Positions 9,457 through 18,915 are shown, numbered from the stretch's first letter. The stretch: DNA of 64,000 nt from Candidatus Kerfeldbacteria bacterium RIFCSPLOWO2_02_FULL_42_19 (GCA_001818315.1 MHKF01000006.1:17148-81147), one strand, 5' to 3'. The notes: generated by a model not told the origin, from the sequence alone. Made by a program: numbers and translations.

Positions 9457-9480
9457 CACACATACGTTTCCAAATCTCTC

Positions 9481-10938
9481 ATGAGTACACGATTGCAATC
9501 GAATATACTTTTCCAGGCATTGCCACAAGCGGTGCAAGAGGTATTGTTCAAGTTGAAAGGGGCCGGTTTTGAAGGTTTTATAGTAGGCGGTTGTTTACGC
9601 GATCTTATACTTGAGCGAGCTGTACGAGATTGGGATGTGACAACGAACGCAACACCAACCGAAATTCAAAAAATCTTCCCAAAAAGTTTTTACGCAAATG
9701 CTTTTGGGACCGTCACAGTACAAAGCGACGGAATGGAAATCGAAGTGACCACATACAGATCAGAAACAAAGTATTCAGACAAACGACATCCTGATGCAGT
9801 GCAGTTTGGCGTAACTCTTGAAGATGATTTGCAACGCCGAGATTTTACTATGAACGCCATTGCGAGCGATGGCGCAATATTGCACGATCCCTTTCAAGGC
9901 AGTAAAGATATTCAGAAACGTTTGATCCGCGCAGTTGGGAACCCAAAAGAAAGATTTGAAGAAGATGCCTTGCGGATGTTGCGCGCCATTCGATTTGCTG
10001 CTGAGTTACACATGCGCATCGAATCACATACATGGTCAGCAATCCTCTCCGATGTTCGGCTGATTGATTATCTGTCAAAAGAAAGAGTGCGAGATGAAAT
10101 AATGAAGATAGTTGCGAGTGATGATCCGTTGTGCGGTTTTTGGTTACTCATGACTTCCGGTGCATTGCAACGCATCATCCCTGAACTTCTCAAAGGCGAA
10201 AATGTCAGTCAAAATAAGCATCACATATATACTGTACTGTTTCATAATCTTTTTTCCATGGCCCATTGTCCTTCAGACGATCCTCTTGTGCGTTTAGCGG
10301 CACTGTTGCACGATGTGGGAAAGCCGCACACAAAACAAGGCGAAGGCACGGAGGCCACATTTTATCAGCATGAAATTGTTGGTGCGACGATGACAAGAAA
10401 AATCATGCGCAGACTAACTTTTTCAAACGCAGCTATAGAGCGAGTTTGCCATCTTGTGCGTCATCACATGTTTTATTACAACATTGGAGAAATCACAGAT
10501 GCAGGAGTGCGGAGATTTATTCGTCGCGTTGGAAAAGAAAACATCTCTGACCTCTTTGCGGTAAGGATTGGGGATCGCATGGGTTCAGGGGTCCAAAAAG
10601 ATAAACCTTTTAAACTCATCGAATTGGAAAAACGCATCGAAGAAGTACAAAAAGATCCCATTGATACGCGCATGCTTGCTCTTGATGGAAACGACGTCAT
10701 GCGTATTGCGAAGCTTGCGCCAGGAAGGACGATCGGCATACTACTGTATACGTTACTCGAAGAAGTTTTGGAAGATCCGACGAGGAATAACAGCGAGTAT
10801 CTGGAACAAAGAATACAAGCTTTGGCAGGAGAAGCGAAACAAGGGATATTGCCAATACCTCGTATTATGAAAGAGGATCAAAAACAGCGCGAAGAAAGAC
10901 TGACAGGAGGTCAAAAGTATAAACGAGTCACTGAATGA
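9481..10938 (+). CDS. cca: CCA-adding enzyme (class II tRNA nucleotidyltransferase with an HD domain)
   Basis: The head domain carries GGCLRDLILERAVRDWDVTT (the GGxxRD...DxD motif). The HD domain carries LAALLHDVGKP and a later HxxxxH. The ORF-track start at 9331 reads through the two tRNA genes. The start at MSTRLQ (9481) is preferred. Confidence 0.8.
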   Translation: MSTRLQSNILFQALPQAVQEVLFKLKGAGFEGFIVGGCLRDLILERAVRDWDVTTNATPTEIQKIFPKSFYANAFGTVTVQSDGMEIEVTTYRSETKYSDKRHPDAVQFGVTLEDDLQRRDFTMNAIASDGAILHDPFQGSKDIQKRLIRAVGNPKERFEEDALRMLRAIRFAAELHMRIESHTWSAILSDVRLIDYLSKERVRDEIMKIVASDDPLCGFWLLMTSGALQRIIPELLKGENVSQNKHHIYTVLFHNLFSMAHCPSDDPLVRLAALLHDVGKPHTKQGEGTEATFYQHEIVGATMTRKIMRRLTFSNAAIERVCHLVRHHMFYYNIGEITDAGVRRFIRRVGKENISDLFAVRIGDRMGSGVQKDKPFKLIELEKRIEEVQKDPIDTRMLALDGNDVMRIAKLAPGRTIGILLYTLLEEVLEDPTRNNSEYLEQRIQALAGEAKQGILPIPRIMKEDQKQREERLTGGQKYKRVTE

Positions 10939-10949
10939 TGTTTTGCCGG

Positions 10950-11035
10950 GTGAGGAAGAGGATGTATATTTTTTCAAATGCGTTGTGATAGGCAACTTTA
11001 CTGCATAAAAAGAAAAGTGTGCACTATAGTGCAAA
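10950..11035. repeat. Palindromic-element family copy 1: left arm plus core only, partial
   Basis: GAGGAAGAGGATGTATATTTTTTCAAATGCGTTGTGATAGGCAACTTTACTGCATAAAAAGAAAAGTGTGCACTATAGTGC is about 85% identical to the left half of copy 2 (12004-12085). No right arm was found. Confidence 0.5.
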
Positions 11036-11063
11036 AAGTCTAGAGCCTATCTCAAAAATAGCT

Positions 11064-11987
11064 CTAATGTTTACTATGATACCGCTTGTATACATCACGA
11101 AGGCGTTGATTGGTAATGTGCGTATATATTTGCGTCGTCGTAATGGAAGCGTGTCCAAGCATTGTTTGCACAGCACGAATATCAGCGCCGTTGAGAAGGA
11201 GGTCAGTAGCATAACTATGTCGAAGGGTGTGTGGAGTAATAGGTTTGGTAAGACCGGCAGCTCGAGCGTATTTTTGTATAAGTCTTTGTATGGAACGCGG
11301 CGTCAGCGGGACCGCGGTTCCTTGTCGTTTTTCAGCAAAGTCGTGACGCACAAAAAGATACGGAGACATATCTCTGCGGATGCGTATGTAGCGTCCAATC
11401 CACGCGCGAGCTATTTCAGATAAAAAAACTAATCGCAATTTTCCACCCTTGCCACGCACGGTAAATTCTTCTTTCGAAAGATTCACGTCATTCATCTTCA
11501 GACGAGAAAGTTCCGATACGCGTAACCCAGTAGAAAAGAAAACTTCTAAAATTGCTTTATCGCGCATTTTGAGAATCTCGCGCATTTTGAGTTTGAGCGG
11601 CGCATCAAGAAGTCGTGCGAGTTCGTTTCCTTCGAGAAAACTCACTTGACGATCGGGGAGCCTGCCGAGTTCGATTTTTTCTGATGCAAGTGTTGCGATA
11701 TCCTGTTTTGCAAGCCACTTAAGGAAACTCCGTAAAGCAATGAGGTGATAATTTTGGGTCGTAGTACGCAGAGGTTCAGAAGTTTTTGGATCGACAATGC
11801 GGTGGAGCCACAAACGGTATTTGTGCACCAGAGGAGCAGTAATATGATTGGGTTTTGAAATTCCTGCCCACCGTACAAATTTATGCAGCGAATAATCGTA
11901 GTTACGAATCGTCAGAGCGGAACGATTTTTTTCAACTTCAAGATATTCAAGAAATTGCGTAATGAGTTCTAAAAGTTGTGATTTCAT
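11064..11987 (-). CDS. Tyrosine site-specific recombinase, XerC/XerD-like
   Basis: The C-terminal catalytic region is HTLRHSYATDLLLNGADIRAVQTMLGHASITTTQIYTH, matching the R...HxxR...Y signature. The N-terminal SAM-like domain has the typical Xer N-terminus LLELITQFLEYLEVEKNRSALTIRNY. Confidence 0.8.
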   Translation of the reverse strand: MKSQLLELITQFLEYLEVEKNRSALTIRNYDYSLHKFVRWAGISKPNHITAPLVHKYRLWLHRIVDPKTSEPLRTTTQNYHLIALRSFLKWLAKQDIATLASEKIELGRLPDRQVSFLEGNELARLLDAPLKLKMREILKMRDKAILEVFFSTGLRVSELSRLKMNDVNLSKEEFTVRGKGGKLRLVFLSEIARAWIGRYIRIRRDMSPYLFVRHDFAEKRQGTAVPLTPRSIQRLIQKYARAAGLTKPITPHTLRHSYATDLLLNGADIRAVQTMLGHASITTTQIYTHITNQRLRDVYKRYHSKH

Positions 11988-12003
11988 ACTTGTACAAGAA
12001 TAT

Positions 12004-12159
12004 CGAGGAAGGAGGAGTATATATTTTCTTCAAATGTGTTGTGATAGGCAACTTTACTACATACAGAGGAAAGTGTGCACTGTAGTCACTCTTTCAAATA
12101 CAAATCGTCCATGTTTGGATATCACCGCATTTGAAAAAATATATGCTCCTCCTTCCTCG
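12004..12159. repeat. Palindromic-element family copy 2: 156 bp with 33-bp terminal inverted repeats
   Basis: IR-L CGAGGAAGGAGGAGTATATATTTTCTTCAAATG (12004-12036) matches the reverse complement of IR-R CATTTGAAAAAATATATGCTCCTCCTTCCTCG (12128-12159) at 31 of 33 positions. The core TGTTGTGATAGGCAACTTTACTACAT...GGATATCACCG is shared with copy 1. Confidence 0.6.
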
Positions 12160-12199
12160 TCTTCGATGGCAGAATAAAAAGATTTCGAAGACAGAGTAC

Positions 12200-13075
12200 T
12201 TAAATAATGTGCAAAATTTCTTTTACTTTTTCAGAGATAGCATGAGTATCGAGATTTGCTTTGATCAGATAATCAGCCGCTCCAAGTTCACGGGCGCGAT
12301 TTCGAAAACTCTCTTGGTCGAAATTCGAAATGATAATAGTAGGGATAGAATGAAATTGTTCGGATTTACGGAGTTGTTCCATAACCTCAAAACCGTCCAT
12401 ATCAGGGAGTCGGATATCGAGTAAAATAATATCCGGCATCCAACGCTGAATTTTTGGCAATACACTTTCGCCATCAATGACAATCTCGACATCAAATCCA
12501 TCACGGAAGAGTTGCATATATGCCAAATCAGAGAGCATTTTATCGTCTTCTACAAGAAGCACTTTCTTTTTTTCTCTCATCGGTATAGCAGCGTGTTGGT
12601 CGTCAATAGATTCGAGATCAGAACCAATATTGCGACCCGAATCATCAAAAGCATGTCGGTTCTGAGGTGTATCTGTTTCTTTGAGACATGCTCTTACTTT
12701 ACTGAGAACCTCTTGTGGCGAAAACTCCGCCTTGATGAGATAATCACAAATACCAAAGGCAAGGAAACGCTCGAGTTCCACAGGTTGCCCAGAATTAGAA
12801 ATAATGAGCACTGGCAAATCCTGAGTATATTCATGGGCACGTAAATGCTCCATAACTTGATATCCATCTTTTTTTGGCAATCGGATGTCTAATAGTAAAA
12901 GATCGGGTTTGCGCTGTTGAATTTTCATTAAACCCGCAACACCATCTGGCGCAATATCAACTTCATAGCCGACACTCATCAATTTTTTTCGAATGATATC
13001 GGCTAAGATCGGCTCATCTTCAACAATCAGAATGTAAAATGGACTATGAGTGGAATTTTGTTTTTCTGAATTCAT
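12200..13075 (-). CDS. Response regulator with two tandem receiver domains (REC-REC) and no output domain
   Basis: REC1 is ILIVEDEPILADII...LLLLDIRLPKKDGYQV...LIISNSG. REC2 is VLLVEDDKMLSDL...IILLDIRLPDMDGFEV...TIIISNF. The ORF-track start at 13213 would read through repeat copy 3. The start at 13075 (MNSEKQ...) is preferred. Confidence 0.75.
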   Translation of the reverse strand: MNSEKQNSTHSPFYILIVEDEPILADIIRKKLMSVGYEVDIAPDGVAGLMKIQQRKPDLLLLDIRLPKKDGYQVMEHLRAHEYTQDLPVLIISNSGQPVELERFLAFGICDYLIKAEFSPQEVLSKVRACLKETDTPQNRHAFDDSGRNIGSDLESIDDQHAAIPMREKKKVLLVEDDKMLSDLAYMQLFRDGFDVEIVIDGESVLPKIQRWMPDIILLDIRLPDMDGFEVMEQLRKSEQFHSIPTIIISNFDQESFRNRARELGAADYLIKANLDTHAISEKVKEILHII

Positions 13076-13104
13076 AAGAGAGCGGAAACAATAATGTGGA
13101 GATA

Positions 13105-13262
13105 GATCATAAGGGGGAGCGATATATTTCTTTGAATGCGATGTGATAGGAAGGTATAACGTACACCGAGGAAATTGAGCACAGAAGAAATTTGCTGCAA
13201 TATAAGGGTTCATCTCTGGAGATCACCACATTCAAAAAATATATCGCTCCCCCTTATGATCT
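13105..13262. repeat. Palindromic-element family copy 3: 158 bp with 34-bp terminal inverted repeats
   Basis: IR-L GATCATAAGGGGGAGCGATATATTTCTTTGAATG (13105-13138) pairs with IR-R CATTCAAAAAATATATCGCTCCCCCTTATGATC (13230-13262). The inner arm TATAT.TTTYTTYRAATG and the TGTGATAGG...GATCACC core are shared with copy 2. The outer arm differs (GGGGGAGCGA versus GGAAGGAGGAG) but pairs with its own partner. Confidence 0.6.
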
Positions 13263-13304
13263 GATTTCAGAATTATTTAAAGCATCTGACTATATCATAC
13301 CAAA

Positions 13305-15026
13305 TTATCGTATACCTTGAAATTCTTGAAATTGAGCATAAGAAGGAAGGCGAATAAAAAATGTTGTTCCTTTGCCTTCTTCACTGGTAAAAGAAATAGA
13401 ACCTCGGTGTTCTTCCAAAACATTTTTGGCAATAAAAAGTCCGAGTCCCGACCCCTCAGTTTGCAAACGGACGACATTTTCCGCACGAAAAAATTTGCTA
13501 AAAATATAACGTTGTTGCGATTGCGGTACGCCGACACCGGTGTCTTGGATAGCGCAAGTGAGGAAATTTTCTTTTGCATCATAATTCAATTGAATACGTA
13601 TCATGCCCCCGGATTTAGTATAGCGAATGGCATTATCAATCAGATTTTGAAATACCATACGTAATTTAGATTCATCCGCATAAATCGATGGAAGTTTCAC
13701 AGGAGGAATATCAAGTACAAGCTGCAAGTTGCTTTCCTTCAGAGCATGATCGAATTCTTGTACAATTTTTCGTAAAAAATCATCCAACGCTATTTTTTTA
13801 AATTCGTACCGGAAACGTCCCTCCTCAATTCGCGAGGCATCTAAAAGATCATTAACGAGATTGATCATGCGTTGATTACTCACAAAACCTTTTTCAAGCA
13901 TCTCATATTGCGATTCGTTTAATTTTCCGAGATCTCCATCGCGTACCATCTGCAGAGCCCATTTAATTGCAGTCAAGGGAGTACGCAATTGATGCGCTGC
14001 GACAGAAATAAATTCAGATTTTAGTTTATCAACAAGTTTTTCACGAGTAATATCGTGGATAATGATCATTTTACCGATGAACTCGCCATACAGATCCTGT
14101 ACTGGGAGCGGTGTGACTTCAAAAGAACGCTCGCGATTTTTTTCACCGAGAACATATTCAAAAGATGGCAGAGCTGATACATGAAGTTCGGTATATTTTT
14201 GTTGGGCCGGAGTGAAAAGGAGGGTGTGCAAGCGCTGCAATGCAGGTTCGGGGTTTTCATGTGGATCAAAACTATGCTGCAAAACATCTTGCGTGCGGAC
14301 ACCTACAATCGCTTCTGCTGCCGGATTCATAAAAAGCAACCGATTCGAAGGATCAAGTAAAATGATGCCATCAGGAAGATCGTGAATAATGGAGTCGATA
14401 CGGTGGCGTTCGGAAAAAATTTGCTCTTCTCGCCGTCGAATCATCGCTCCAATAAATGCGCCAAAGACAGCAACGGCCGTAATCCAAAGCACAGTTGCAA
14501 TAGCATTAAGAACCGTCGCTTCTGCATTTCCATACACACCAAGAGTAGCTTCGGTATAGCGAGGAAAATGTGGCAATATATGTAAATGTTCGAGGGTATA
14601 CAATAGCAATAGCCATAGGTCACTACCGAGGGCAAATAAAACTACCGCACGAGCAGAAAAGGCGGTAATAGTAAAAAAAGTTATGAAATGAAAGAGATGT
14701 ACTGCTACGCTTTCAATGCCTCCAGTAATACTCACAGCAATGGTCAGGAAAAATTGAACAAGGAGGACATTCAGTGTGAGTAAGATGCGAAGCGTGGAAG
14801 TCGGAAGTTGATGTCGTTTAAGAAAAAAGAGCGAATTAATGATGTTACTCGCACCAGTAAGCAGCAACACTATGATCATGTATTCTAGCGTCTGTGGAAA
14901 AATAGTGAGGGAAAATCCACGAATAAAAAACATTACAAGAATGACAACAACGATAATAAGCCACATGCCGTATATCAGCCATGTAAGAGGTGCAAGGAGT
15001 TTTTCGCGTTCGAATTCATTCGTCAT
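13305..15026 (-). CDS. Sensor histidine kinase (multi-TM N-terminus, PAS, HisKA, HATPase_c)
   Basis: There are six or more N-terminal TM helices. The PAS-like region is IIHDLPDGIILLD. The H-box is ISVAAHQLRTPLTAIKWAL and the N-box is LIDNAIRYTKSGG. The G-boxes are DTGVGVP and GSGLGLFIAKNVLEEHRGSI. Confidence 0.8.
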   Translation of the reverse strand: MTNEFEREKLLAPLTWLIYGMWLIIVVVILVMFFIRGFSLTIFPQTLEYMIIVLLLTGASNIINSLFFLKRHQLPTSTLRILLTLNVLLVQFFLTIAVSITGGIESVAVHLFHFITFFTITAFSARAVVLFALGSDLWLLLLYTLEHLHILPHFPRYTEATLGVYGNAEATVLNAIATVLWITAVAVFGAFIGAMIRRREEQIFSERHRIDSIIHDLPDGIILLDPSNRLLFMNPAAEAIVGVRTQDVLQHSFDPHENPEPALQRLHTLLFTPAQQKYTELHVSALPSFEYVLGEKNRERSFEVTPLPVQDLYGEFIGKMIIIHDITREKLVDKLKSEFISVAAHQLRTPLTAIKWALQMVRDGDLGKLNESQYEMLEKGFVSNQRMINLVNDLLDASRIEEGRFRYEFKKIALDDFLRKIVQEFDHALKESNLQLVLDIPPVKLPSIYADESKLRMVFQNLIDNAIRYTKSGGMIRIQLNYDAKENFLTCAIQDTGVGVPQSQQRYIFSKFFRAENVVRLQTEGSGLGLFIAKNVLEEHRGSISFTSEEGKGTTFFIRLPSYAQFQEFQGIR

Positions 15027-15290
15027 AAGTAGGAATGTCGTGTCTTAGAGAAGAAATTCACCAAGCGCATCATTCCTCTGAATAAAAAATCACAAGACTT
15101 GCCTACGCAGAGTCGTGTAATTTTAAAACAAAAAACAACGGTTTCATGCAATATTGTGTATTTGTTATCTTTAAATATCATAACATAGATAGACGATTTT
15201 TTCAACGACACCTATTTGACCTCCTCAGAGTAAAATGTTACTCTTAAGTTCACGTCTCAAGGCTCAGTTCCATAAAAAAATTTATACACT

Positions 15291-15572
15291 ATGCTTACCA
15301 AAGAAGACAAAGATCAAATCATCGGCAAGTTTAAAACGCACGAAAAAGATACCGGCAGTAGCGCGATTCAAATAGCATTGCTTTCTGTAGAAGTAAATAA
15401 ACTCACGCAACATTTACAAAAACATAAGAAAGATCATTCTTCACGAAGAGGATTGTTGCGAATGGTAGGACAGCGGCGAAGACTGCTAAAGTACTTACAA
15501 AAGGAAAATGTAAAACTTTCCGAAGAAGTAATTAAAAAATTGAAAATAAAACCAATCAAAGAAAAAGTATGA
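15291..15572 (+). CDS. rpsO: 30S ribosomal protein S15
   Basis: The 93-aa protein carries ...TGSSAIQIALLSVEVNKLTQHLQKHKKDHSSRRGLLRMVGQRRRLLKYL, a canonical S15 sequence. pnp lies downstream. Confidence 0.9.
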   Translation: MLTKEDKDQIIGKFKTHEKDTGSSAIQIALLSVEVNKLTQHLQKHKKDHSSRRGLLRMVGQRRRLLKYLQKENVKLSEEVIKKLKIKPIKEKV

Positions 15573-16153
15573 AAAATACATTACCGCAACCGGAGCAACG
15601 TGTCGGTGTGTTTGTTGACATCCAGAACATGTATTATTCAGCAAAACATCTCTTTGATAGCAAAGTAGATTTTGGCAAAATTCTTGCCGAGGCTGTGGCC
15701 GGAAGAAAGTTAATTCGTGCTATGGCGTATGTTATTAAAGCTGATGTCGGAGAAGAAGCGCATTTTTTTGAGGCACTCAACAGCCAGGGATATGAAGTGC
15801 GCGTGAAGGAATTGCAAACATTCTACAGCGGAGTCAAAAAAGGCGATTGGGATGTGGGGGTTTCTATGGATGTTGTGCGTCTTGCGTCCAAAATTGATGT
15901 TGTTGTGCTCGTTTCCGGTGATGGAGATTATGCAGAGTTAATAAAATACGTAAAGGCGCTTGGCTGCAAGGCGGAAATCATGGCTTTTGGAGAATCTTCA
16001 TCAATTCATTTGCGAGAGGCTGCAGATGATTTTATTAATCTTTCGGAATTTGCAGAACATTTCCTGATTAAAAACAATGGAAAAATAAAAAAGCGACGCA
16101 TAATTACAGGAACCAAAAATGTTAACAAGAAAGAAGTGAAAAAAACTGAGTAG
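15569..16153 (+). CDS. NYN-domain (LabA-like, PIN-fold) protein
   Basis: It has VGVFVDIQNMYYSAK...VVVLVSGDGDYAELI, the LabA/NYN signature. The start overlaps the rpsO stop (ATGA). Confidence 0.7.
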   Translation: MKNTLPQPEQRVGVFVDIQNMYYSAKHLFDSKVDFGKILAEAVAGRKLIRAMAYVIKADVGEEAHFFEALNSQGYEVRVKELQTFYSGVKKGDWDVGVSMDVVRLASKIDVVVLVSGDGDYAELIKYVKALGCKAEIMAFGESSSIHLREAADDFINLSEFAEHFLIKNNGKIKKRRIITGTKNVNKKEVKKTE

Positions 16154-16154
16154 C

Positions 16155-16685
16155 ATGAAAAAAATTTTCTGGATCGTTATTATAGGCAGCTTATTTGGAG
16201 CGATTTTTATTTTTACAAGAATTGTTTTTTCAGAGCAAACGAAGGTCAATCAAAATACCAATGTAACTGCGTCAGTGGAACAGCAAGAAGATGGGGCAGA
16301 GACAAGATCATCTTCATTATCGCCAGACACATTGCAGGAGGACATTTTTGAGTTCAATGGAGAGAAAACTTTTACACTGCGACACTCCGGCGAGGTGACG
16401 AAAACCACCGCTGAAGATATCACGACATTCATCATACCAGAAGGATCTATTTCAATAGTACCGCTCTCATACGAAGGTATTATTCGACACAGTCTCAGCG
16501 TACAGCAAGAAGAAAAAATTGTTATCGACGGGCGTGATGCTGTAAAAATTGCAGGTGCCTCTGCAAAAGACGGTACGTTCTTCACTTACATTCTTCTTAC
16601 CGAGGGAAATAAGTTGTACGAATTCCAAGGAAGTGATACATTTCTTACTAAGTTAGTGCCTGAAACATTTCATTTCTTACGATAA
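16155..16685 (+). CDS. Hypothetical membrane-anchored protein
   Basis: It has an N-terminal TM helix (IFWIVIIGSLFGAIFIFTRIVF) and sits in the operon between the NYN gene and pnp. No family was recognised. Confidence 0.4.
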   Translation: MKKIFWIVIIGSLFGAIFIFTRIVFSEQTKVNQNTNVTASVEQQEDGAETRSSSLSPDTLQEDIFEFNGEKTFTLRHSGEVTKTTAEDITTFIIPEGSISIVPLSYEGIIRHSLSVQQEEKIVIDGRDAVKIAGASAKDGTFFTYILLTEGNKLYEFQGSDTFLTKLVPETFHFLR

Positions 16686-16689
16686 ATAC

Positions 16690-18915
16690 ATGTCAGAAGT
16701 ACATCATTTCGCGACCGACGTAGGTGGCAAATCCCTGCGTTTGCAAATTGGAAAACTTGCAAAACAATCGAACGCCAGTGTCATTGCTCAGTATGGCGAT
16801 ACGATGGTCTTAGCAACAGCAGTCATGGGAAAACAGCCAACATCGCTTTCATATTTTCCATTACTCGTAGATTATGAAGAGCGATTGTATGCCGCAGGAA
16901 AAATCAAAGGTTCTCGTTTTATAAAAAGAGAAGGTAAACCGAGTGACGAAGCTATTCTCAGCGGTAGGTTGATTGATCGGTCATTGCGTCCGCTTTTTGA
17001 TCAACGGCTTCGCAGAGAAGTGCAGGTTGTGATCACTATTCTTTCGATTGACAAGGTCAATGATCCGGATTTTCCGGCAATGATTGCTGCTTCGTGTGCG
17101 CTGGCAATTTCTGAAATTCCTTGGGAGGGTCCTATTGGCGCAGTTGCGTTGGGATACGTCGACGGCAATTGGATAGTGAATCCGAGTATGGAACAAAAAG
17201 CAACCGCACCGCTGGAACTTTTTGTTTCTGGTAAAGGAAGTGATGTGATTATGATTGAAGCTAAAGGTCATGAAGTAGAAGAAAAACTCATTGAAGAAGG
17301 GCTCAAAAAAAGCGTAGAAGAAATTCAAAAAATGACAAAATTTTTTAAGGATATCCAGAATAAAATCGGAAAGCCAAAAGAAATGCAGCTCTTTACCGAA
17401 GGAGTGACAGACGAAGAGAAGCAACAACAGAAAATAATCGACGCAAAACTTACCAAACTCCTGAAAGATCAATATGCGGTACTGATGCAGAGTCCAAATA
17501 AGGAAGTCAGAAATCGAGAATTACAAAACATCGAAACAACATGTGTTGCGCAATTGCAAAAAGAATTGCCAGAAATAACAGAAACAAACATTGGATATGC
17601 GAAGCAAGAAATAAACGCAATACTTGAATTACACGCAACAAAGTATGTCATAGAAAAAGGAGTGCGCATTGACGAAAGGAAGGCGTCAGAAATACGCGAA
17701 ATTTCTGCAGAGGTGAGTATTATTCCTCGTGCACACGGATCAGGATTATTTACACGTGGAGAAACGCAGATTCTTTCTGTAGCAACACTTGGAGCCCCTG
17801 GCGATAAGCAAGTATTGGATGAAATGGAAATTGAGGGCGAGAAAAGTTTTATGCATCATTACAATTTTCCAGGGTTTAGCGTAGGTGAAGTCAAACCTAT
17901 GCGAGGTCCAGGGCGACGTGAAATTGGACATGGAGCGCTCGCGGAAAAGGCCCTCTTACCGGTGATACCAACAGATAAGTCAGCCTTTCCCTATACTATT
18001 CGACTTGTTTCAGAGACCCTGTCTTCGAACGGATCTTCTTCACAGGCATCTATTTGCGCATCTTCACTCGCCCTCATGGATGCTGGAGTACCTATTTCCG
18101 CGCATGTAGCTGGTATCGCGATGGGTATGATGTCCGATCCTAAGACTGGGAAACACACGTTGCTCACGGATATTCAAGGTATCGAAGATCATGCAGGTGA
18201 TATGGATTTTAAAATTGCAGGAACTCGCAAGGGAGTGACGGCAATACAACTTGATATTAAACTCGGGGGTATTACGCTTGATGTTTGTAAAGAAGCGCTT
18301 GAGGGAGCAAAAAATGCACGAGCAAGAATACTTGATTTGATGGAATCAATTATTCCAGCGCCTCGCAAAGAGCTCTCAATCTACGCGCCTCGTATTGAAA
18401 GTGTGCGTATTAATCCCGATAAAATTCGTGAAGTGATTGGCGCAGGCGGGAAAACAATCAACAAAATTATTGAAGAAACAGAAGTAGATATTGACATTGA
18501 AGATGATGGTCTTGTGATGATTACTTCCACAAATGCAGAAAATTTAGCACGCGCAAAAGCATGGATCGAAGAAATCGTCAAAGAAATAGAAGCTGGAGAA
18601 ATTTATGAAGGAAAAATAACACAGATCATTAAAGATCGTAATAACGGTAATGATATCGGTGCCATTGTCCAGCTCACTACTATGAAGGATGGAATGATTC
18701 ATATCTCGGAAATAGCTCATGAACGCATACGTCGCATTACTGATGTCGTGAATATTGGTGACCAAGTACGCGTGAAGGTTCTACGCGTGGATCATAACAC
18801 GGGCCGTGTTGAGCTTTCACGAAAAGAGTTGTTAGAAAACACACAGGGCACTCATGATCGTCCGGAACGAAGACGACCTGGGTTACGCGGAAAAATGGAT
18901 CGCAGATCACGCTAA
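16690..18915 (+). CDS. pnp: Polynucleotide phosphorylase (PNPase)
   Basis: It has two RNase PH domains, a KH domain (GAGGKTINKIIEETEVDIDIEDDG) and an S1 domain (GEIYEGKITQIIK...). It lies in the conserved rpsO-pnp arrangement. Confidence 0.9.
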   Translation: MSEVHHFATDVGGKSLRLQIGKLAKQSNASVIAQYGDTMVLATAVMGKQPTSLSYFPLLVDYEERLYAAGKIKGSRFIKREGKPSDEAILSGRLIDRSLRPLFDQRLRREVQVVITILSIDKVNDPDFPAMIAASCALAISEIPWEGPIGAVALGYVDGNWIVNPSMEQKATAPLELFVSGKGSDVIMIEAKGHEVEEKLIEEGLKKSVEEIQKMTKFFKDIQNKIGKPKEMQLFTEGVTDEEKQQQKIIDAKLTKLLKDQYAVLMQSPNKEVRNRELQNIETTCVAQLQKELPEITETNIGYAKQEINAILELHATKYVIEKGVRIDERKASEIREISAEVSIIPRAHGSGLFTRGETQILSVATLGAPGDKQVLDEMEIEGEKSFMHHYNFPGFSVGEVKPMRGPGRREIGHGALAEKALLPVIPTDKSAFPYTIRLVSETLSSNGSSSQASICASSLALMDAGVPISAHVAGIAMGMMSDPKTGKHTLLTDIQGIEDHAGDMDFKIAGTRKGVTAIQLDIKLGGITLDVCKEALEGAKNARARILDLMESIIPAPRKELSIYAPRIESVRINPDKIREVIGAGGKTINKIIEETEVDIDIEDDGLVMITSTNAENLARAKAWIEEIVKEIEAGEIYEGKITQIIKDRNNGNDIGAIVQLTTMKDGMIHISEIAHERIRRITDVVNIGDQVRVKVLRVDHNTGRVELSRKELLENTQGTHDRPERRRPGLRGKMDRRSR

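Noticed and set aside
9331-9480. First 50 codons of the 535-aa ORF-track call for the CCA-adding enzyme
   Set aside because: This region contains two tRNA genes (Arg-TCT and His-GTG). The conserved head domain starts after the Met at 9481.
10939-11063. A canonical 28-bp dif site next to the Xer-like recombinase
   Set aside because: No 11-6-11 dif-like motif was recognised by eye. The conserved sequences nearby belong to the 155-bp palindromic element family instead. A systematic dif search is still needed.
13076-13213. N-terminal 46 aa of the REC-REC protein ORF-track call
   Set aside because: It reads through palindromic repeat copy 3 and lies upstream of the receiver domain. The start at 13075 is preferred.
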